From: Myxococcales bacterium
GTDB taxonomy: Bacteria > Myxococcota_A > UBA9042 > JABWCM01 > BTVJ01
DNA: 64,000 bases
Assembly (NCBI GenBank): GCA_045863395.1
Contig: BTVJ01000020.1
Location: 1 to 64,000 of the forward strand
Reading direction: 5' to 3'
Part shown: positions 9,311 through 20,103 of the stretch, piece after piece
How the letters are laid out: every line of letters starts with the position of its first letter
Numbering within the stretch: position 1 is the stretch's first letter
Translations under genes and position numbers: made by a program
The notes under the pieces: generated by a model
Told to the model about the DNA's origin: nothing
Databases searched by the model: none
Seen by the model: the letters and a program-made list of their open reading frames with translations, nothing else

Positions 9311-10360
9311 ATGTACGCACCCGTCCTGCGCTGGCTCACCGCGGCGCTCACCCTCGCAGCCACGGTCGCGCTGGCCCAGTCCCCCGAGGACCAGCTTGGC
9401 CTCGGCATCCGCAGCTCTGTCCAGCAGGGCGAGCAGCCGGCGCTGCTCTTCGCCCCCACCGTTGACCTCAAGCGCATCGGCGTGACGCTGCGCCGCCCCC
9501 GCGACCAGAAGGTCGTCGTCCTGGAGTCCGGCCCCGTCCGAAGAGGCGCGACCGTCGAGCTGCCGTGGACCCAGCCCGACGGCGCCCACGCCTACGAGGC
9601 CCACATCGAGGCCACCCCTGCCGGGGGCGCGGCGTTGGTCCTCGACATCGCCTTCGAGTGCGCGACCGTGCCGCCGCTCGCTATCACAATCGACAAGGCC
9701 GGGGTCGACCTGGACGCCCGCACCCTCCGCTTCAAGGCGACGCGTCCCGTCACCCGGGCGGTCGTCAAGGTGCTGGGCGACACGGAGCTGCTCGGCGAGG
9801 CGGATGTGGATCTGGGCACGGTCCCCACGGGGCGCGCCGCGTCCGTCACGTGGACCCAGAGGCCGGGCACCATCCGCCGCATCGAGCTCACGGCCCATGA
9901 CGACAAGGGCTTCTGGTCGTCGGTCGAGGTGCGCTCCGTCTACGTGGAGCCCTGGGAGGACCGCATCTACTTCGCCTTCGGCAGCGACGCGGTGGAGGAT
10001 CGGGAGAAGCCCAAGCTGGACGCAACTTTGCGGCGCATCGAGGAGGCCCTCGCCACCGCCCGGCGCGAGGTCGGCGACTCCCTCGATCTGCGCCTCTACG
10101 TGGCGGGCTACACGGACACGGTCGGCACGCCCCAGAGCAACCAGGACCTGTCCGAGCGCCGGGCGCGCAGCATCGGGGGCTACCTGCGGAGCAAGGGGCT
10201 ATCGATCCCGGTCTATTACCAAGGCTTCGGGGAGTCGGTGCTCGCGGTGAAGACCGGCGACGAGGTGGAGAACGAGCGGAATCGGCGCACCGTGTACGTG
10301 CTCAGCAGCCAGACGCCCATGTCCGAGCTGTTCCCCCGGACGGCGTGGCGCAAGCTGTGA
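9311..10360 (+). CDS. OmpA-family peptidoglycan-binding domain protein
   Basis: Signal peptide; C-terminal IYFAFGS..GYTDTVG..NQDLSERRA..NRR OmpA_C motifs. Confidence 0.9.
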   Translation: MYAPVLRWLTAALTLAATVALAQSPEDQLGLGIRSSVQQGEQPALLFAPTVDLKRIGVTLRRPRDQKVVVLESGPVRRGATVELPWTQPDGAHAYEAHIEATPAGGAALVLDIAFECATVPPLAITIDKAGVDLDARTLRFKATRPVTRAVVKVLGDTELLGEADVDLGTVPTGRAASVTWTQRPGTIRRIELTAHDDKGFWSSVEVRSVYVEPWEDRIYFAFGSDAVEDREKPKLDATLRRIEEALATARREVGDSLDLRLYVAGYTDTVGTPQSNQDLSERRARSIGGYLRSKGLSIPVYYQGFGESVLAVKTGDEVENERNRRTVYVLSSQTPMSELFPRTAWRKL

Positions 10361-10373
10361 TGTGAAGGCTGGG

Positions 10374-10447
10374 TGCGCGACACAGGATTCGAACCTGTGA
10401 CCTACGGCTCCGGAGGCCGTCGCTCTATCCAACTGAGCTAGCCGCGC
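10374..10447 (-). tRNA. tRNA-Arg(CCG); CCA not encoded
   Basis: Cloverleaf GCGCGGC TA GCTC AGTTGGATA GAGC G ACGGC CTCCGGA GCCGT AGGTC ACAGG TTCGAAT CCTGT GTCGCGC A. Confidence 0.97.
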
Positions 10448-10461
10448 TCTCGAACGCTGCG

Positions 10462-10490
10462 GTTATAGACCGGCCCGCCAGCCCTGTCAA
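10462..10490 (-). promoter_or_regulatory. sigma70-type promoter of tRNA-Arg
   Basis: TTGACA-17 nt-TATAAC, ending 14 nt upstream of the tRNA. Confidence 0.8.
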
Positions 10491-10519
10491 TGCGCCAGTC
10501 GCGGTGATCAGCGCTGGCG

Positions 10520-11245
10520 TCAGTCCTGGAAGGTGCGGCCAGGGTTGCGCCGCATCCACTCGCGAACGACCTCCGACGCGTCCGCTCTTCCCTGCCCGGT
10601 CTGTCGAAGCAGCTCGGGCTGGGGCTCCCACGGGGCCGGCGGGGCCTCCGGGCGCACAGGAGCGCCGCTCGTCCGTCCAACGGGCAGCCGCGCGGGCGCA
10701 TCCGGCGCCACCGGGAGCGGCGCCAAGCCGCGCGCCACGCCCTCTACCGGGGTCGGCACCTCGGCGTTCAGCGGGTTGAGCCGGTTCTCTGGCCCGAGGG
10801 GCACGGAGAACCGCAGCTTTGCCCGGTTGGTCCCCTCAGCGAGGATCAGGACGCGCGCCTTGTCGTACAGGCCGCTCTGCGCCCCCAGCAAGGTCGTTGG
10901 CGTGTGGTGCACCGACCAGCCGCGCGCCTCCTTCGTCACCGAGTAGTCCCGGTGCATCCAGAACTCCACCAGCCGGTCTACCGGCGCCACGTAGTCGTAG
11001 ACCTGGCTCCCCTTGCGCTCGCTGACCAGCGTCATGCCGACAGGCACCTGGAAGCCGTAGATCCGGTCGGCGGCGACGCGGAGCCGGCCCAGGTCGTCGA
11101 GCTTCTGCTTGATGTGGGAGGGCCGCGGCGCAGGTCGTGGCGGAACCGTCGCAGCCTCCTGCACCGGAGACGGCCGCGGGGGCGGCGGCTGGTCGCCGCA
11201 CCCCCACAACGCCAACGCAACCCCCCATGGCAGCGTCCGTCGCAT
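10520..11245 (-). CDS. Hypothetical lipoprotein, last gene of the minor pilin operon
   Basis: Lipobox LWGC and Pro-rich linker; start overlaps the pilY1 stop (TGATG). Confidence 0.75.
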   Translation of the reverse strand: MRRTLPWGVALALWGCGDQPPPPRPSPVQEAATVPPRPAPRPSHIKQKLDDLGRLRVAADRIYGFQVPVGMTLVSERKGSQVYDYVAPVDRLVEFWMHRDYSVTKEARGWSVHHTPTTLLGAQSGLYDKARVLILAEGTNRAKLRFSVPLGPENRLNPLNAEVPTPVEGVARGLAPLPVAPDAPARLPVGRTSGAPVRPEAPPAPWEPQPELLRQTGQGRADASEVVREWMRRNPGRTFQD

Positions 11246-14200
11246 CAGTCGTAGACGGTGCCCCAGGAGATGGGGAGCACCGTGGAGCGAGGCGGCCGGA
11301 TCGTCCTCCGGAAGGTCTGGATCTTCGCCGCCTCCGAGTCCTTGGGCGCCTTGGGCCCGACGATGTCGCCGGCGCCCGCCACCTGCACCACGAGCTCCAT
11401 GTCACCCACCCCGACGGTGCCCGTCGATGCCCCGCCGGTGGCGTCCCCGCCCTGCTGGGTCAGGTAGTCGAGGGGCACCTCCCCCACGCACGAGGGCCGC
11501 TGAATGAGCTGCACACCGTAGGGCACCACGGTACCGAGCGGGATTGAGTGGACCAGGTCGTCGGGGGTCAGGAAGGTCCCGTCTTTGTCGAGCTGCGGCA
11601 GCGGCGTCCCGGTGCCCAGCGTGTCGTTGGGGTCGGGCCGGTAGTAGTGCACGCCCCACAGGCGCGCGGCCTCCTCGTCCTCCACACCACACGCCGCCTC
11701 CGGATCGAAGCGGAACGTCGTGAAGTAGACCACCTCGTCGAAGGCCACGGGCTGGCCGACCACCATGGTCCCCTGCGCCAGCACCTGCCCCTCGGCGACC
11801 TCCTCGTCGAACAGGAGCTTCCAGTTCTCCTCGGCAGACACCCCGATCTCCTCCCCCGTGTCAGGGTCGTAGTCCACCTTCTCCGACAGGGAGTAGATGG
11901 CATGGAGCGCGTCCACCGTCTCCGTGAGATCGATGTTCGTCGTCGCATAGATCACGGTGAGGAGACCCGTCGTCCGCTGGAGCACGAGGGTCGGCGGATC
12001 CTCGATGGGCCCCCGGAGCGGGCTCCCCGGGGCATAGCCGAGGGCCGCGTAGGCGTCGTGGAAGAAGCTGAGGGTCCACTTGGACGGGTCGGGCGACGTC
12101 AGGTCGAGCCGCCAGAGCTGCCCACCGCGGTCACCGATGAAGCACCGGGTCGTCACGGCGCTGTTGGTGGTGCTGAAGCAGGCCGGCGAGCCGACCATGT
12201 CATACACCATGCGGGCCCTGTCCTGAGCCGTCAGCCCCGGGTCGCCGTTCCGGTTGGCCCGGAAGTCACGGATGATGAGGCCCGAGGCCGCGTCCACAAC
12301 GTACAGCGAGGCGCCTACGGCCTTCGGCAGGAAGTCGTCGTGGCCACCGCACCCGTCGGGCACGACCTGGTCGGTCTCCTCCTCGAAGCGGCCGCCACCG
12401 AAGACCGCGACCGCGCGGTCCTGCTTCGCCACGCCGTTGTACCCCTCCAGGTACACGGTCCCGAGCGCGGGCCGGCTGAAGGTGTTGCCCAGATAGCAGA
12501 AGTCGTTGCTCCGGTCGGTAGCGCTCGACGCGACGCACCCGGCCTCGGCCTCGCACCGCCGCTCGTGGCTGATCTCCCACAGGTACTTGGGCTGGGTCGG
12601 GTCGGTGACGTCCAGCGCGAAGTAGCCACGACCTCCCTCTCGGTAGCCCTGGATCAGGAGCGAGATCCAGCGGTCGCCCTCGGACTCGGGATTGGCCGCG
12701 AGCTTCTCCGCAAACGGAAGGATGTCCTTCACGACCGGCGCCAGATCCATGAGGAACCGCACCTGCGCGGCGTTCTCCTGGAGGCGTGGCAGCAACGCGT
12801 TGGGGATGAACGACCAGAGGGCCTGCCCATAGTCCTGGGCATCCAGATCGGGGTCGCGGTCGATGCGGAAGGCGGTCAGCGCGCCTATGTGCGAGGGGAC
12901 GAACAGCACGGTGGGCCGATCCTTGATGCGCTCCTGGAAGTAGCGGAAGGACGGGATCAGGCTCGACTGGTTGCGCTGGTCGTGCTGCACCGCAGGCGTC
13001 CCGTGGCCCATGGCGCCCATGCGGTAGCCTTCGCGGCGGCTACCGGGCGCCGCCAGGACGAAGTCGACGAGCTCATCGCGAAACTGCTCGCGGTGTGCCT
13101 GCACGTTGGAGTGGAGCACCTGGGTCCCGAGCGTCTGCTTGGGGTTGCCCGGCGGCACGTACTGCGGCGTCAGGCTCAAGAAGTCCTGGGGCGCATCCGC
13201 GACGTTGGAGAGCCCCTTGTCGGGCACGCCCAGGAGCTCAGGCGTCAGGTCGTCGTTGGTCTTCGCGAACAGGGTGGTCCCGTCACCGACGATGGCGTAG
13301 GTGGGCGGGGCCTCCTCGGCCGCGTTGAACGCGTCGGAGATCGAGAAGGTGCGGCACAGGCCAGCGCCGTCCGAGGCGGTGCGGCACTCGTCGATGCACT
13401 CGAAGATCGCCTGCTCCAGGTAGCCCTGCTGGTCGATGCTGTTGACCGGGACGTTCCCATAGGCGGAGTTCACCTGGTACTGGGCGTCGGTGCTGCGCGT
13501 CGCGTTCGTATAGACCGGGACCGTGCGGCTCTTCACGCCCGCCGTGATCTCACCGAGGATCTCAGACAGCTTGAGTACGAGCTGGGCCTGGTTCTGGGCC
13601 TCGAAGGCCTTGGCGTTCGGGTTCTCTGGATCTCCTGCCACCGCGATGGCGTCGAGGGCCTCCTTCACCAGGTCGCTCGCGAGAGAGTAGGCCACCACGT
13701 AGGTGCGCACCCCGAGGGGATGCGTGGCGTACAGGTCCGCGGCCGCCTCGGGTGAGGTCAGGTAGTCGCCGTCCCCCTCCCCCATGGTCGGGCGGCCGTC
13801 GGTGAACAGGATCACGCTCCGCGTGCGGCAGCCGTAGAACGGGTCCCCCAGACCGGTGTTGCTGGAGTACTGCTGCAGGCGCGGGTCGGTCAGCAGGTAG
13901 TACTGTGCGTCGGTCAGCAGCGGCGACACGGGGGAGCCCCCAAAGGGGACCGTGCCGAGCATGGTCTCCTGCACCTTGCGGTTGTTGCTCCGGATGATGC
14001 CAGGAACGTCCTTCGAGGCGACCCCGATGACGCCGCCCTGGGTGAAGCCTCCGCTGGCCAGCTCGTTGGCGTACTCGTTGCGCGCACCCATGTTCACGAG
14101 CTGCGCCAGCACGTTGTGCACGTCGAGCCCGTAGCTGAAGCCCCCCTCGACCCCCTGGCTCGTGCCCAGGTTGTTGTCGAAGGCCATGAACGCGAACGCA

Positions 14201-14595
14201 GCGTAGTCCTCGTTCACGTCCAGGAAGCCGTTGGGCGCCTGGGCAGGCATGCCATGGGCGCGGGGGACTGCGTGGGGGATGGGGTAGCCATAGTCCTCGC
14301 GGTCCGTCGGGGAGACCCGCCAGTCGTAGGAGCACCAGTACTGGTTCAGCGTGCCAGTGAAGACCTCCAGCGCCACCGCCCAGCGCGACTTGGCGTACGG
14401 CATCAACGGGTCGTAGGCGTCGGTGCACACGGGGACGACGTTCTCGTCCTCGGCGTACTCCATGGACCCCGACGTGTCGAGCAGGATGAGGACGAACGGG
14501 ACCTTCTGTCCCAGCCCCGGGACCGGCTGCGCCACCGCCCCCCCCGCCCAGAGGAGGGCCAGGGCCGCAGCAGCCGTGCGGGCCCCGAGCATCAT
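11245..14595 (-). CDS. pilY1: PilY1/PilC type IV pilus tip adhesin with vWA domain
   Basis: Signal peptide; MIDAS DTSGSM..FTDG; PilC beta-propeller motifs GGRGYFALDVTDP and GDRGGQLWR; follows four minor pilins; ATGA overlap with pilX. Confidence 0.88.
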   Translation of the reverse strand: MMLGARTAAAALALLWAGGAVAQPVPGLGQKVPFVLILLDTSGSMEYAEDENVVPVCTDAYDPLMPYAKSRWAVALEVFTGTLNQYWCSYDWRVSPTDREDYGYPIPHAVPRAHGMPAQAPNGFLDVNEDYAAFAFMAFDNNLGTSQGVEGGFSYGLDVHNVLAQLVNMGARNEYANELASGGFTQGGVIGVASKDVPGIIRSNNRKVQETMLGTVPFGGSPVSPLLTDAQYYLLTDPRLQQYSSNTGLGDPFYGCRTRSVILFTDGRPTMGEGDGDYLTSPEAAADLYATHPLGVRTYVVAYSLASDLVKEALDAIAVAGDPENPNAKAFEAQNQAQLVLKLSEILGEITAGVKSRTVPVYTNATRSTDAQYQVNSAYGNVPVNSIDQQGYLEQAIFECIDECRTASDGAGLCRTFSISDAFNAAEEAPPTYAIVGDGTTLFAKTNDDLTPELLGVPDKGLSNVADAPQDFLSLTPQYVPPGNPKQTLGTQVLHSNVQAHREQFRDELVDFVLAAPGSRREGYRMGAMGHGTPAVQHDQRNQSSLIPSFRYFQERIKDRPTVLFVPSHIGALTAFRIDRDPDLDAQDYGQALWSFIPNALLPRLQENAAQVRFLMDLAPVVKDILPFAEKLAANPESEGDRWISLLIQGYREGGRGYFALDVTDPTQPKYLWEISHERRCEAEAGCVASSATDRSNDFCYLGNTFSRPALGTVYLEGYNGVAKQDRAVAVFGGGRFEEETDQVVPDGCGGHDDFLPKAVGASLYVVDAASGLIIRDFRANRNGDPGLTAQDRARMVYDMVGSPACFSTTNSAVTTRCFIGDRGGQLWRLDLTSPDPSKWTLSFFHDAYAALGYAPGSPLRGPIEDPPTLVLQRTTGLLTVIYATTNIDLTETVDALHAIYSLSEKVDYDPDTGEEIGVSAEENWKLLFDEEVAEGQVLAQGTMVVGQPVAFDEVVYFTTFRFDPEAACGVEDEEAARLWGVHYYRPDPNDTLGTGTPLPQLDKDGTFLTPDDLVHSIPLGTVVPYGVQLIQRPSCVGEVPLDYLTQQGGDATGGASTGTVGVGDMELVVQVAGAGDIVGPKAPKDSEAAKIQTFRRTIRPPRSTVLPISWGTVYD

Positions 14596-15182
14596 GGTTC
14601 CGCTTGTGTGGCGAGGCATTGCGCAGCGCTCCAGGTGATTCCCCCTTCAGAACAGTCGACGGGGCCTACCATGACCCGCGCCAGAATCCGCTTGCGACCC
14701 ATGCGACGCTCGGTCATGGCGTCCGTCTCCCCCAGGGATCCGCCGACCCAGCCCGACGTGTACCAGGAGAAGACCCGCATGCAGTACCGCTCCCCGCTGC
14801 TGCCCGGTGCCGGCGTGTCGCCTGCCTCGGGCACCATCTTCGTGACGAAGTCGGGGCCTTTGCCGCCAGCGACGACCCACTGATCGAGCCCGAAGGAGCC
14901 CCACGCCTTGCTGTCGAAGGCGTTCTGGCCGAGCTGGTTCGCCCACACCTCGCACTGGTTGGCCGTCTTCATGAAGTCGACGGCGTTGCCCGACGCGGCG
15001 GTCATCGTCAGCATGGACCCGGTCTCTGCCACGGCAAGCCCCTGCCGCGCCATCTTGTAGTTGCCGGCGCTGGCGATCTCCTCGACCGTGCTGCGGACGG
15101 CGACGACCGCGATGGCGCCCAGCACGAGCAGGATCAGCATCGCCGTCACGAGCACCGCCCCTCTCTCGTCGGGTCGCCTCAC
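14592..15182 (-). CDS. pilX: Minor pilin PilX
   Basis: ERG/AVLVTAMLILLVL class III signal lacking Glu5, as typical of PilX; GTGA overlap with pilW. Confidence 0.8.
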   Translation of the reverse strand: MRRPDERGAVLVTAMLILLVLGAIAVVAVRSTVEEIASAGNYKMARQGLAVAETGSMLTMTAASGNAVDFMKTANQCEVWANQLGQNAFDSKAWGSFGLDQWVVAGGKGPDFVTKMVPEAGDTPAPGSSGERYCMRVFSWYTSGWVGGSLGETDAMTERRMGRKRILARVMVGPVDCSEGGITWSAAQCLATQAEP

Positions 15183-16369
15183 ATGTTCCTCATGGTTGCG
15201 TTGAAGAGCTGCACTCGGAGGGCCAACGACTCGACGCGCGCCGAGCCCTCCATGGCCGGGTCCACCTCGTAGCGCCTGAGCGGCGCGAACACGCCCTCGC
15301 GGGCCACGAAGGGCTGATCCGGGTCCTCGTCGGCAGACCGCACGGACAGCTTGACGGTCACGAAGCGCAGGTCCTCGGGCCGCGCCGTGACGCCCTGCCC
15401 GAGGATGCCTGCGCCGGACACGTCGACGACGCTGGTGACATCCGGGAACACGGCCAGATTGGGCACCTGGCCCTGGACCGCCGTGTCGACCACGAAGTCG
15501 TAGAGCTGCAGGTCCACCGCGTTCTCGACCAGCACGAGCCGCGTGCCCGCGATGGCAGGCCCCGCCACGTCGTTCCAGGCGACCTCCTCCCGCACCAGGT
15601 CCGTCTTGCCTGCGGGAGCCTGAAGGTTGCCCTCGGCGTCCGGCACGAGCGCCCGCTCGTCGGCGGCGATGCGGTACCGCACGAAGCCGACCGGGTTCAC
15701 GTAGATGCTCTTGTAGATGCCGCTGGTCAGCGCGGACGGAGCGGGAACCCCGATGGTGATGGTCATGGTCGAGTAGTCGGCGCTCGCGATGGGGAAGTAG
15801 TAGTGGGTGCCCTCGGTGCGGTGCTCCACGTGGAGCAGGCGGGCGTCCGGGTTGCTGGCCGGCAGGAAGGCCGCCTTGAACTCCGCCTCGCCGAGCAGGA
15901 TGGTGGAGGCATCGAGGTGGAACGTGGTGCCGTCGATCTGCTGCACCGGGAACGCCACCGTCGTCGGGAGCGTCGCCGGTGAGTCCGGGAACACCACGTG
16001 GGTGAAGTAGTCGCCGAAGAGCAGCAGCGCCACCGGCTCCACGTTCACGTTCTGCTGCACCGGGACGCTGCCCGGGAACGCGGGCAGGACCATGAAGGAG
16101 AGCAGCGGCTGAGACGGGAGCGGCGGACGCACGAACGGGTCCGTGTTGGAGTTCAGCGTGGCGCTCACACCGGCGCGTCGCACGTCCGCCTTGATGTGGT
16201 CGAGGCCGAAGCGCAGGCGGCCGTAGGTGTCCAGCACATCGCTCTGGACGCGGTAGCCCCGGACGCTGCGCGTGTAGGTCAGGTACACGGCAGCCATGAC
16301 GACCGACGCAACCATGCCCGCGACCATGAGCTCGATGAGCGTGAAACCACTGGTTCGAACCCGCCTCAC
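15179..16369 (-). CDS. pilW: Minor pilin PilW
   Basis: G/FTLIELMVA prepilin motif; IKADVRRAG motif; operon position. Confidence 0.82.
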   Translation of the reverse strand: MRRVRTSGFTLIELMVAGMVASVVMAAVYLTYTRSVRGYRVQSDVLDTYGRLRFGLDHIKADVRRAGVSATLNSNTDPFVRPPLPSQPLLSFMVLPAFPGSVPVQQNVNVEPVALLLFGDYFTHVVFPDSPATLPTTVAFPVQQIDGTTFHLDASTILLGEAEFKAAFLPASNPDARLLHVEHRTEGTHYYFPIASADYSTMTITIGVPAPSALTSGIYKSIYVNPVGFVRYRIAADERALVPDAEGNLQAPAGKTDLVREEVAWNDVAGPAIAGTRLVLVENAVDLQLYDFVVDTAVQGQVPNLAVFPDVTSVVDVSGAGILGQGVTARPEDLRFVTVKLSVRSADEDPDQPFVAREGVFAPLRRYEVDPAMEGSARVESLALRVQLFNATMRNM

Positions 16370-16371
16370 CT

Positions 16372-16998
16372 TTAGAAAGCCTCCCAGGTGCGGTTGCGCA
16401 CCAGCATGCCGGGGAGCGTGAACTGCGCCACCGCCGCGCGGTCGGCGACCATGTCCGGCGGACAGCTCTGGTATTCGGAGAAGTCGGCCGCGTCTCGCGA
16501 CCAGGACACACGCACCTCGGCGCGCAGGGCCTCGTCGGCGATCACCCACGTCAGCCGGTGGTGCACGCAGAAGCGGCGCTGAACGTCCGGCTTGATCTCG
16601 AGGCGCGCTCCCGAGTCCAGGTCCAGCCCCGACACGGTGACCGCGTCCCCCAGCAACCCCACGCGCGCGTCCCCTTGCGCCTCGGGCCACGCGCTCACCC
16701 AGTCCGTGCTCGCTCCCACCACCGGCGCTGCCATGAAGCCGTTGTCCGACAACCTCGGGAGCAGCGCCGCGTCCGTCTGCCCGACCGTCGTCCAGTTGAG
16801 GGCCTCGACCTGCAGCGAGCCGAGGTAGTGCTCCGCCAGGGTCATCGCCTGGGTTAGCGCCAGGGAGTCCGACGCGCCCTGGATCGTGCGCACCTGCAGG
16901 TTGAGCAGCCCCATGAAGCCGATGGCCAGGATGGTGGCCGCCACCATGACCTCGACGAGGCTGTAGCCAGCGCGAGCTATCGTCATGACCACGCGCAT
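16372..16998 (-). CDS. pilV: Minor pilin PilV
   Basis: G/YSLVEVMVAATILAIGFMGL prepilin motif; C-terminal VRVSW. Confidence 0.82.
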   Translation of the reverse strand: MRVVMTIARAGYSLVEVMVAATILAIGFMGLLNLQVRTIQGASDSLALTQAMTLAEHYLGSLQVEALNWTTVGQTDAALLPRLSDNGFMAAPVVGASTDWVSAWPEAQGDARVGLLGDAVTVSGLDLDSGARLEIKPDVQRRFCVHHRLTWVIADEALRAEVRVSWSRDAADFSEYQSCPPDMVADRAAVAQFTLPGMLVRNRTWEAF

Positions 16999-17663
16999 CA
17001 GTACCGGGCCCTCGCGACGCCGTTGTAGGAGACGATGAGCTGGTTCAGCACGCCATGGGGGGCGTCGTCCCTGTACTGCTGGAACTCGATGAGCACGTCA
17101 CCCGTGGCAGGCGCCATCACGTCCGGATTGGCGACCGGGGTGTTGGTCTCCGGGTCTCGCATGCTGCCGTCCCCTTTGAAGCACATGACCCGGCCAGCCC
17201 CGAAGTCCTGGGGGACGACTGTGACCACCCGGACGTCGGTCTTGAACACCCGCGGGGCGACCTCGCCGAGGGCCGGCGTCTCGTCGACGCTCGAATCCTC
17301 CGGCGCGAGGACCACGCGGCGGATGATGCGACCCTCCGTAGCGACCTGGCCACAGGACTGCCCCGGCTCACCCTCCCGGACCACCACCTCGCCATTGAGG
17401 AGCGAGCCCGTCGGTGTCACAGCCACCGTATAGGCGGCGCCGGACGCGATGGCCTGGGAGTGTGCGAGCTGGACGGCGCCGAGGAGCTCCTCTTTGACCA
17501 GGTCCATGTCCTGGCGCCCGAGGAGCTGGCTGACCGTCGGGACCAGCACGGCGGACAGGGCGATCATGATGGAGATGACGAGCAGCATCTCCATGATGGT
17601 GAAGCCTGCCGCCGACCTGCGGTGCGGCTGGTGCTTCGGCTCGCGTCGTCGGGGCTCGGTCAC
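16998..17663 (-). CDS. fimU: Minor pilin FimU/FimT (GspH-like)
   Basis: G/FTIMEMLLVISI prepilin motif; AHSQAI helix; GAGGA RBS before GTG. Confidence 0.78.
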   Translation of the reverse strand: MTEPRRREPKHQPHRRSAAGFTIMEMLLVISIMIALSAVLVPTVSQLLGRQDMDLVKEELLGAVQLAHSQAIASGAAYTVAVTPTGSLLNGEVVVREGEPGQSCGQVATEGRIIRRVVLAPEDSSVDETPALGEVAPRVFKTDVRVVTVVPQDFGAGRVMCFKGDGSMRDPETNTPVANPDVMAPATGDVLIEFQQYRDDAPHGVLNQLIVSYNGVARARY

Positions 17664-17710
17664 GGCGTCCTCACTGCGAAGCCCTCGGGCGGAGGGCGGT
17701 GCAGCCACTG

Positions 17711-17726
17711 TGCACGAAACACGCCA
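17711..17726 (-). promoter_or_regulatory. Putative sigma54 -24/-12 promoter of the minor pilin operon
   Basis: TGGCGTGTTTCGTGCA (GG-N10-GC), 47 nt upstream of the fimU start. Confidence 0.6.
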
Positions 17727-17820
17727 CCCGGGCGACGCTCCGGGCCGGGCCTGGAGCGGGAGCCGCGCGGGTTCGTCGTGGGGTGCGCACCTCGCAAAGT
17801 TTGCCACACCAGAAAACATT

Positions 17821-19092
17821 TCACAGCGGGCCCCCTCGCAGGAAGGGCGGGACAAGCTCGCCGCGCGCCAGGTCGTCGAGCTCCTCACGCGCCCGAATCA
17901 CATGGATCTCGCGGCCTCGCACCATAACCTCCGCAGCCCGGGCGCGGGAGTTGTAGTTGGACGCCATGCTGAACCCGTAGGCCCCGGCGCTCATCATCGC
18001 GAGCAGGTCCCCGCGGCACACCGGAGAGAGCTCCCTGTCGCGGGCGAGGAAGTCGCCGGTCTCGCAGACCGGACCCACCACGTCCACGCGTGAGCGGCCC
18101 GGAACCTCGGGCGCCACCACGGGCTCGATGGAGTGCCACGCGCCGTACAGGCTCGGCCGCAGCGCGTCGTTCATGCCCGCATCCACCACGACGAAGTCCT
18201 TGGCGTCATTGGACTTCGTGAAGAGGACACGGGTCAGCAGGACCCCGGCGTTGCCCACGATGACGCGCCCGGGCTCAAAGACCAGGGTCAGGTCGCGCCC
18301 CCTGACCTCGTCGATGATCGCCCGAGCATAGTCGGCTGGATGGGGCGGAGTCTCCTGGTCGTAGGCGATCCCGAGGCCCCCACCCAGGTCCAGGTGCGAG
18401 ATGGTCGTCCCATCGGCCCGTAGCTCCTCCACGAGGGACAGGAGGCGCCGCAGTGACGCGATGATGGGCTCCGTCTGGGTGAGCTGGGAGCCGATGTGGC
18501 AGTCGAGTCCGATGACCTCGATGCCGGGCAGGCGGCGAGCCAGGGCGTACACCTCACGCGCCCGCGAGATGGGGATGCCGAACTTGCTCGTGCGAAGACC
18601 CGTCGAGATGTAGGGGTGGGTCTCCGGGTCCACGTCCGGGTTGATGCGCAGCGCCACGGGCGCCCGCCCGCCCCTGGCCTCGGCGATGGCGCTCGTCACG
18701 ACGAGCTCCTCCTCGCTCTCCACATTCAGACAGAGCACGCCTGCGTCCAGGGCGGCGACGATCTCGTCGTCCCGCTTGCCGACGCCGCTGAACACGATGG
18801 AGCGAGGGTCCGCGCCGGCGCGCAGGGCCCGGTAGAGCTCGCCGCCGCTCACGATGTCGAAGCCGCTCCCCAGGGCCCTGAACAGCCTCAGCACTGCGAC
18901 GTTGGAGCAGGCCTTCACGGAGTAGCAGATCAGGTGCGGGTGATCGGCGAAGGCACCGTCGAACACCCGAAAGTGTCGCTCCAGGGTCGCGTGGCTGTAG
19001 ACGTAGGTCGGCGTCCCCACCTGCGCGGCGATCTCGTGCAGGGGCACGTCCTCACAGTGGAGCACGCCCCCACGACGGTCGAAGTGGTGCAT
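17821..19092 (-). CDS. lysA: Diaminopimelate decarboxylase
   Basis: YSVKA PLP lysine, [34 protein letters not shown]. Confidence 0.97.
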   Translation of the reverse strand: MHHFDRRGGVLHCEDVPLHEIAAQVGTPTYVYSHATLERHFRVFDGAFADHPHLICYSVKACSNVAVLRLFRALGSGFDIVSGGELYRALRAGADPRSIVFSGVGKRDDEIVAALDAGVLCLNVESEEELVVTSAIAEARGGRAPVALRINPDVDPETHPYISTGLRTSKFGIPISRAREVYALARRLPGIEVIGLDCHIGSQLTQTEPIIASLRRLLSLVEELRADGTTISHLDLGGGLGIAYDQETPPHPADYARAIIDEVRGRDLTLVFEPGRVIVGNAGVLLTRVLFTKSNDAKDFVVVDAGMNDALRPSLYGAWHSIEPVVAPEVPGRSRVDVVGPVCETGDFLARDRELSPVCRGDLLAMMSAGAYGFSMASNYNSRARAAEVMVRGREIHVIRAREELDDLARGELVPPFLRGGPL

Positions 19093-19153
19093 CCCGGCCG
19101 GCCTCCTCACCCTCATGGTGTCCTGGGACAAATACCACGAGCGCGCCGCCTCG

Positions 19154-20053
19154 TCACATCTCCTTCGCGGTCATCGCCCAACACCGCCGGTGATGCTCGG
19201 CGTCCCGGTCGTTTCCCTGGCGCTCGAAGCACCGCGCCAGGTGGAGGTGGCACTCCGCCAGGGTCCCATCCAAGGACAGGGCGGTCGCGAAGCGCTCGAT
19301 GGCCTGCTCGACGCGGCCCTGGGCGACCTCCACGTGGCCGAGCGCGCAGTGCGCCTTCGCGTATGAGGGGCTCAGCCGCAGCGTCCGGAGGTAGCTGCGC
19401 CGGGCAGCGTCCAGGTCGCCGAGCTTGAGGCGGCAGTTGGCCAGGTTGTAGTGCGCCTTCACATAGCGCGGTGCGATGCGGACCACCGCCTCGTACTCCG
19501 CCACCGCCTCCGAGGTGCGCTCCAGCAGCCCGAGCGTGTAGGCGGCCATGAAGCGGGACTTGAAGAAGGAGCCGTCGACCCGAGCGGACTGCTGGAAGCA
19601 GCGGAGCGCAGCGTCCAGGTCCCCGAGGGCCTTCACCGTGTGACCGAGGTTGAACCACGCCCGCGCGTTGCCCGGATCCAGCGCCACGGCTGCCCGGTAG
19701 GTGCGCGCCGCTGCGCGCAGGCTCCCCTCCTCGAACCAGGCGTTGGCCAGCGCGAAGCATACGCCACCGTTGGCGGGGTCCTGGACGTGCGCCCGCTCGA
19801 GGAGCAGCCGCGCCGCACGCGGAGAGCCCAGGCGCATGGTGGCCAGCCCCAGGCCATAGAGGGCGCGCACGTCGTGCGGGCTTGCGGCTGCGGCGCGCTG
19901 GTAGAGGAGCCAGGCGAGGTCCGGCCTCCCCCCTTCGAGCCGCAGGCGCCCCACCGCGCACAGGAGGGTCGTCGATCGCGGCGCGGCCCGCAGCACCAAG
20001 CCTGCCAACGCCGCTCCTACGGTCGACGCGCTCCCCACCCCGCACACCTCCAC
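19154..20053 (-). CDS. Tetratricopeptide repeat protein (start uncertain)
   Basis: About 7 TPR units (AWFNLG, AHYNLA, AHCALG). Confidence 0.85.
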   Translation of the reverse strand: MEVCGVGSASTVGAALAGLVLRAAPRSTTLLCAVGRLRLEGGRPDLAWLLYQRAAAASPHDVRALYGLGLATMRLGSPRAARLLLERAHVQDPANGGVCFALANAWFEEGSLRAAARTYRAAVALDPGNARAWFNLGHTVKALGDLDAALRCFQQSARVDGSFFKSRFMAAYTLGLLERTSEAVAEYEAVVRIAPRYVKAHYNLANCRLKLGDLDAARRSYLRTLRLSPSYAKAHCALGHVEVAQGRVEQAIERFATALSLDGTLAECHLHLARCFERQGNDRDAEHHRRCWAMTAKEM

Positions 20054-20103
20054 GTTGACAGGGGCCCTGCAAACACCTTATGAGACTCGCGCGCAGGAGG
20101 ACC

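Noticed and set aside
10370..10447. tRNA-Arg as an integration site
   Set aside because: No integrase and no duplicated tRNA 3' end noticed in the window
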